Origin: a virus
Lineage: Duplodnaviria > Caudoviricetes
Virus record (IMG/VR): IMGVR_UViG_2599185236_000001
Coordinates: 10,466-74,465 of that record
Direction: 5' to 3' (one strand)
Length of the DNA: 64,000 bases
The notes beneath the pieces were generated by a model. That model was not told where the DNA came from, ran no database searches, and saw nothing but the letters and a program-made list of their open reading frames with translations. The position numbers and the translations under genes were made by a program. Below, piece after piece: positions 61,095 through 64,000 of this stretch. The first letter of the stretch is position 1; every line of letters starts with the position of its first letter.

Positions 61095-64000
61095 CCAAGC
61101 GTCCAAAAACACGCAGCCGCGAGAATGAACCGAAGCAGAGCGACAAGAAAAAAACGGACCTGAAGATCACCCACCAGAAAGACACCACCACAAACAAACG
61201 CATAAAAGCCATAATCCCCAACTCAGAGACGACCTCCCGCCCCATCACACCCACAACGCACCAGAGCAACGAAAACCAGGACACCCCGAAGCAAACAAAA
61301 GACGCCGGCCAAACATCCGCGCAGCAGACCAGCGGCCGAATCGCCAAGGCCATCGAGAACCCAGGACAAAAGCGTCGCCCGCCAAACCGCGACAAACGCG
61401 GAAACGAAGGCCAAGGCCCAGGCATCCCCCCCAAAACCGAAGGCGAAGGCCAACACGACACCAAGAAACCCCCCCAGCACCCGCCGAACGCCCAGACCCC
61501 AACGCCAGGCATCAACAAAGGCGAACAGCACACCCATACAAGGAACCGCCAACACGAACAGCCCGCGGACAAAGAGCTCCACGCAAACTCCGAAGCCGTG
61601 CCCCGGTCAGCTGTCGACACCGCAGCCCTAGCCACCACCCGACGGCCCAAACACAAGGACGGCCCGAACCCGATCAGCACAGGCGGACGCCCCACGCGCG
61701 GCACAAAGAGAGGCCACCCGAAGCGCACCCCCGAACCAAAAAAGAACCCCAGCGGAGAGCAGAACGCGCCAAACAGGACGAAAGCAACAGAAGGCAGAAG
61801 AACGAACCACCCGAGCCAGAAAGACAACCCAACACCGCGGCCACAAAACCCACAGAAGAGAAACGCGACAACGACGCCCAACATGAAGAAACCCCCATCA
61901 AAAACGAAACCGACCTGACATTGGCCCACGCGAAACGAAAGACGCCACAAACCACCAAGCACATCGACCCCCCAAGCCATCACCCCAACCCAGACCGCAC
62001 CAACAACCCAACCACCGCCACGAACAAGACCACCCCGCAAGAAGCGCGCGCCAAGACAAAAACCGCACCCCCCCACCAACCAGCCGAGAAGGCACGCACC
62101 AAAAAGCAACCCCGGCAGAAAAGCGACAAGATCGCGCCGCCGAACCGCAAGAGCGACACCCCCCCCGACGAGAAGAAGCACCCGACAACAAAAAACAGCC
62201 AACCCAAGGCCAAAATCGACAAAACCCACGCCCCCCACACAGAAATCCACAACCAGCCACCCAAGCAGGACAACCACAACTCCGAAACCAACGCCGCCAT
62301 CGAAGCCCCGGAAGACACCCCCGGCAACAAAGAGCACGACATCGACAACAGAAACAAGCCAATCGACGCCTCAACCACCCAAAGCAACAACACCAGAACA
62401 GAAAGCGCCACCCCCAACACCAAGAGCGAGAACCCGAACTGCCCCACCAGCGACCGCCGCGACGAACACGAGCAACTGACACCCGACCCAAAGAAGCCGA
62501 CGACCCGCGCCAAAGAGGCCGAAACACGGCCGGACCAGCAAAAGCACAAGCCGAGCCCCCGCAACGAGAACCGAACGAACGAGATCCAGCCCCGAACCGA
62601 CAAAGAAACAGCAATCAACAGCCACCACCAACACAACAACCGCCTCCGCGAAAAAGTAAAAGACCGCCAAACAACGAAAGCGGCACCACCGGGACCAAAC
62701 CACGACAAAGCAGCCAAGCCCAACACGCATCCACTCAAGACAACGACAAAGCCCAACGAGAGCCAGCCAAACCCAAAGACCGCCGCACAAAGCAGCACCA
62801 GCCGCCCAAATACAAAGCAACATCCAACCCAGACACACAACCAGACGACCCCCCCGGCCGAGCCGCGCCTCAACACCAACCGCAACAGCAAGAACGAAAA
62901 GCGCCGACACGAAACGCCAAACACAGCCCACACAACGCGGGCAATGACGGCCAGCACCAAACCCAAGGACTCCCCCATGAAGCACATGCTGACCGGAAAA
63001 ACCCAACCCGCCGCGCACAACAGCCCCGCTGCAAGGCCCAAGAACCGCCCCGCGTAAACGCCAGAAGCCACCAACACGAAGCCGGCCCCCAGCCAAACGT
63101 CAGACACGACACCCACCACCCCAAATCCGCTACACACCGAGCCAACCAGCCCTCCCGGAACTCAGACGCGCGACACAGCGCAACCGCGCAAACACCCCCA
63201 TAGAAACCAAAGACAAAAACAACCCAGGCACACCGAGCCAAACGCCGCACGACACAAGCCCCAGCCTCGGCGACGCGACCACAAGGCCGAGAGCCGCAAC
63301 GCAGAACAGCGACAGGCCACAAATCACAAAGCCCCCGAACGCCAACGCGACAACCACCGAAGCCAACCAACCGCCCAGCGCAAAAACCACCAGCAACAAC
63401 GAACCCACGAACACACGAAGCGCCTGACCATACAACAAGTCCCACCAGCGCGCCACCACCAGAAAGCCAGCGACACCAAAGCCGGCGGCAATCCGGAAGA
63501 ACAACCCCACACCGCCCGCAATGAAAATGCCGACCCACGCGGCGACCACACCAGCACCAGCAACCACTCCGACAACCTACGCCGCAGAGGGAGACCCCAC
63601 ACACAGGAAGACGGCAAGAATCCCCAGATCCACAAGAAAGCCCACCAGACCGGCCACCACCGCACGGGCCGCAACATACACCGCCACATAAACGGAAAAC
63701 GCCCCAAGGACGGCAACCACACCGACAAGCCCCGGCACGAGGACAAGAACGGCAACGGAAAGGAAAACCGACCCCAACCCGGGGGCCACCACAACCACGC
63801 AAACGACAAAACCCCCCACCACGAGGAAGCCGCCACGGCGACCAACGAAACCCCGAGCACCAACAGACCGCAACCCAGCGAGACGAGAACCAGCCGCACG
63901 CCCAACAACGAGAGGCGCCACCACGGCGGCCGACCGAACAACAAGGCGGCCAACAGCCCACCCACCGAAACAACCAACACAAAAAACGCGCGCACCACAT
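61095..64000. other. Anomalous T-depleted, A/C-rich sequence (probable artefact)
   Basis: Typically 0-3 T per 60-nt line on the + strand (occasionally up to 6), starting right after the att-like site; no recognisable gene. Confidence 0.85.

Noticed and set aside
61078-64000. Long ORFs in the track (e.g. 61078-62337 minus, 61921-63057 plus, 62870-64000 minus)
   Set aside because: Stop codons need T on the + strand or A on the minus strand, and these are almost absent here. The products are compositionally absurd (G/V/F/C/W- or T/P/K/N-rich) with no motifs.
61095-64000. Diversity-generating retroelement explanation for the A-depleted minus strand
   Set aside because: No reverse transcriptase, no template/variable repeat pair, and the scale (2.9 kb) far exceeds DGR variable regions.

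Overview
The window is almost entirely one temperate, HK97-type, long-tailed (siphovirus-like) prophage of an alphaproteobacterial host. Rhizobiaceae is inferred from gene content and GC-rich codon style. Reading right to left: a tyrosine integrase with an att-like site (about 61010-61092); an xis/int operon; a CI-like repressor with TGCG-N3-CGCA operators on both sides; a long leftward early operon (Sak4-like ATPase, DUF669 SSB, DnaN clamp, Cas4-like nuclease, sigma-like factor, SF2 helicase, two amino-methyltransferases, PAPS-reductase-like, NDT-like, primase-helicase); an iteron origin; VRR-NUC; a tRNA-Met overlapping the packaging HNH gene; cos, terminase, head and tail genes; a SAR-type lysis cassette; a second putative adsorption module; and a left accessory region with glycan-modifying enzymes and a secreted S1/P1 nuclease. 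No partner att site was found by eye, so the left boundary is unresolved. The strongest unexplained signals are: (1) genetically encoded ssrA-tag-like degrons (AANDN...AA-COOH) in many phage proteins; (2) an HNH ORF whose only possible start codons lie inside the tRNA gene; (3) a nucleotide/DNA-modification-like gene cluster interrupted by an SRA-HNH nuclease; (4) a 28-29 bp direct repeat bracketing a glycosyltransferase plus Cys-rich mini-protein cassette; (5) a 16-bp element repeated ahead of early genes. The last ~2.9 kb is almost T-free on the + strand and is most likely a sequencing/assembly artefact or corrupted sequence. All family assignments come from motif recognition by eye; no database searches were run.
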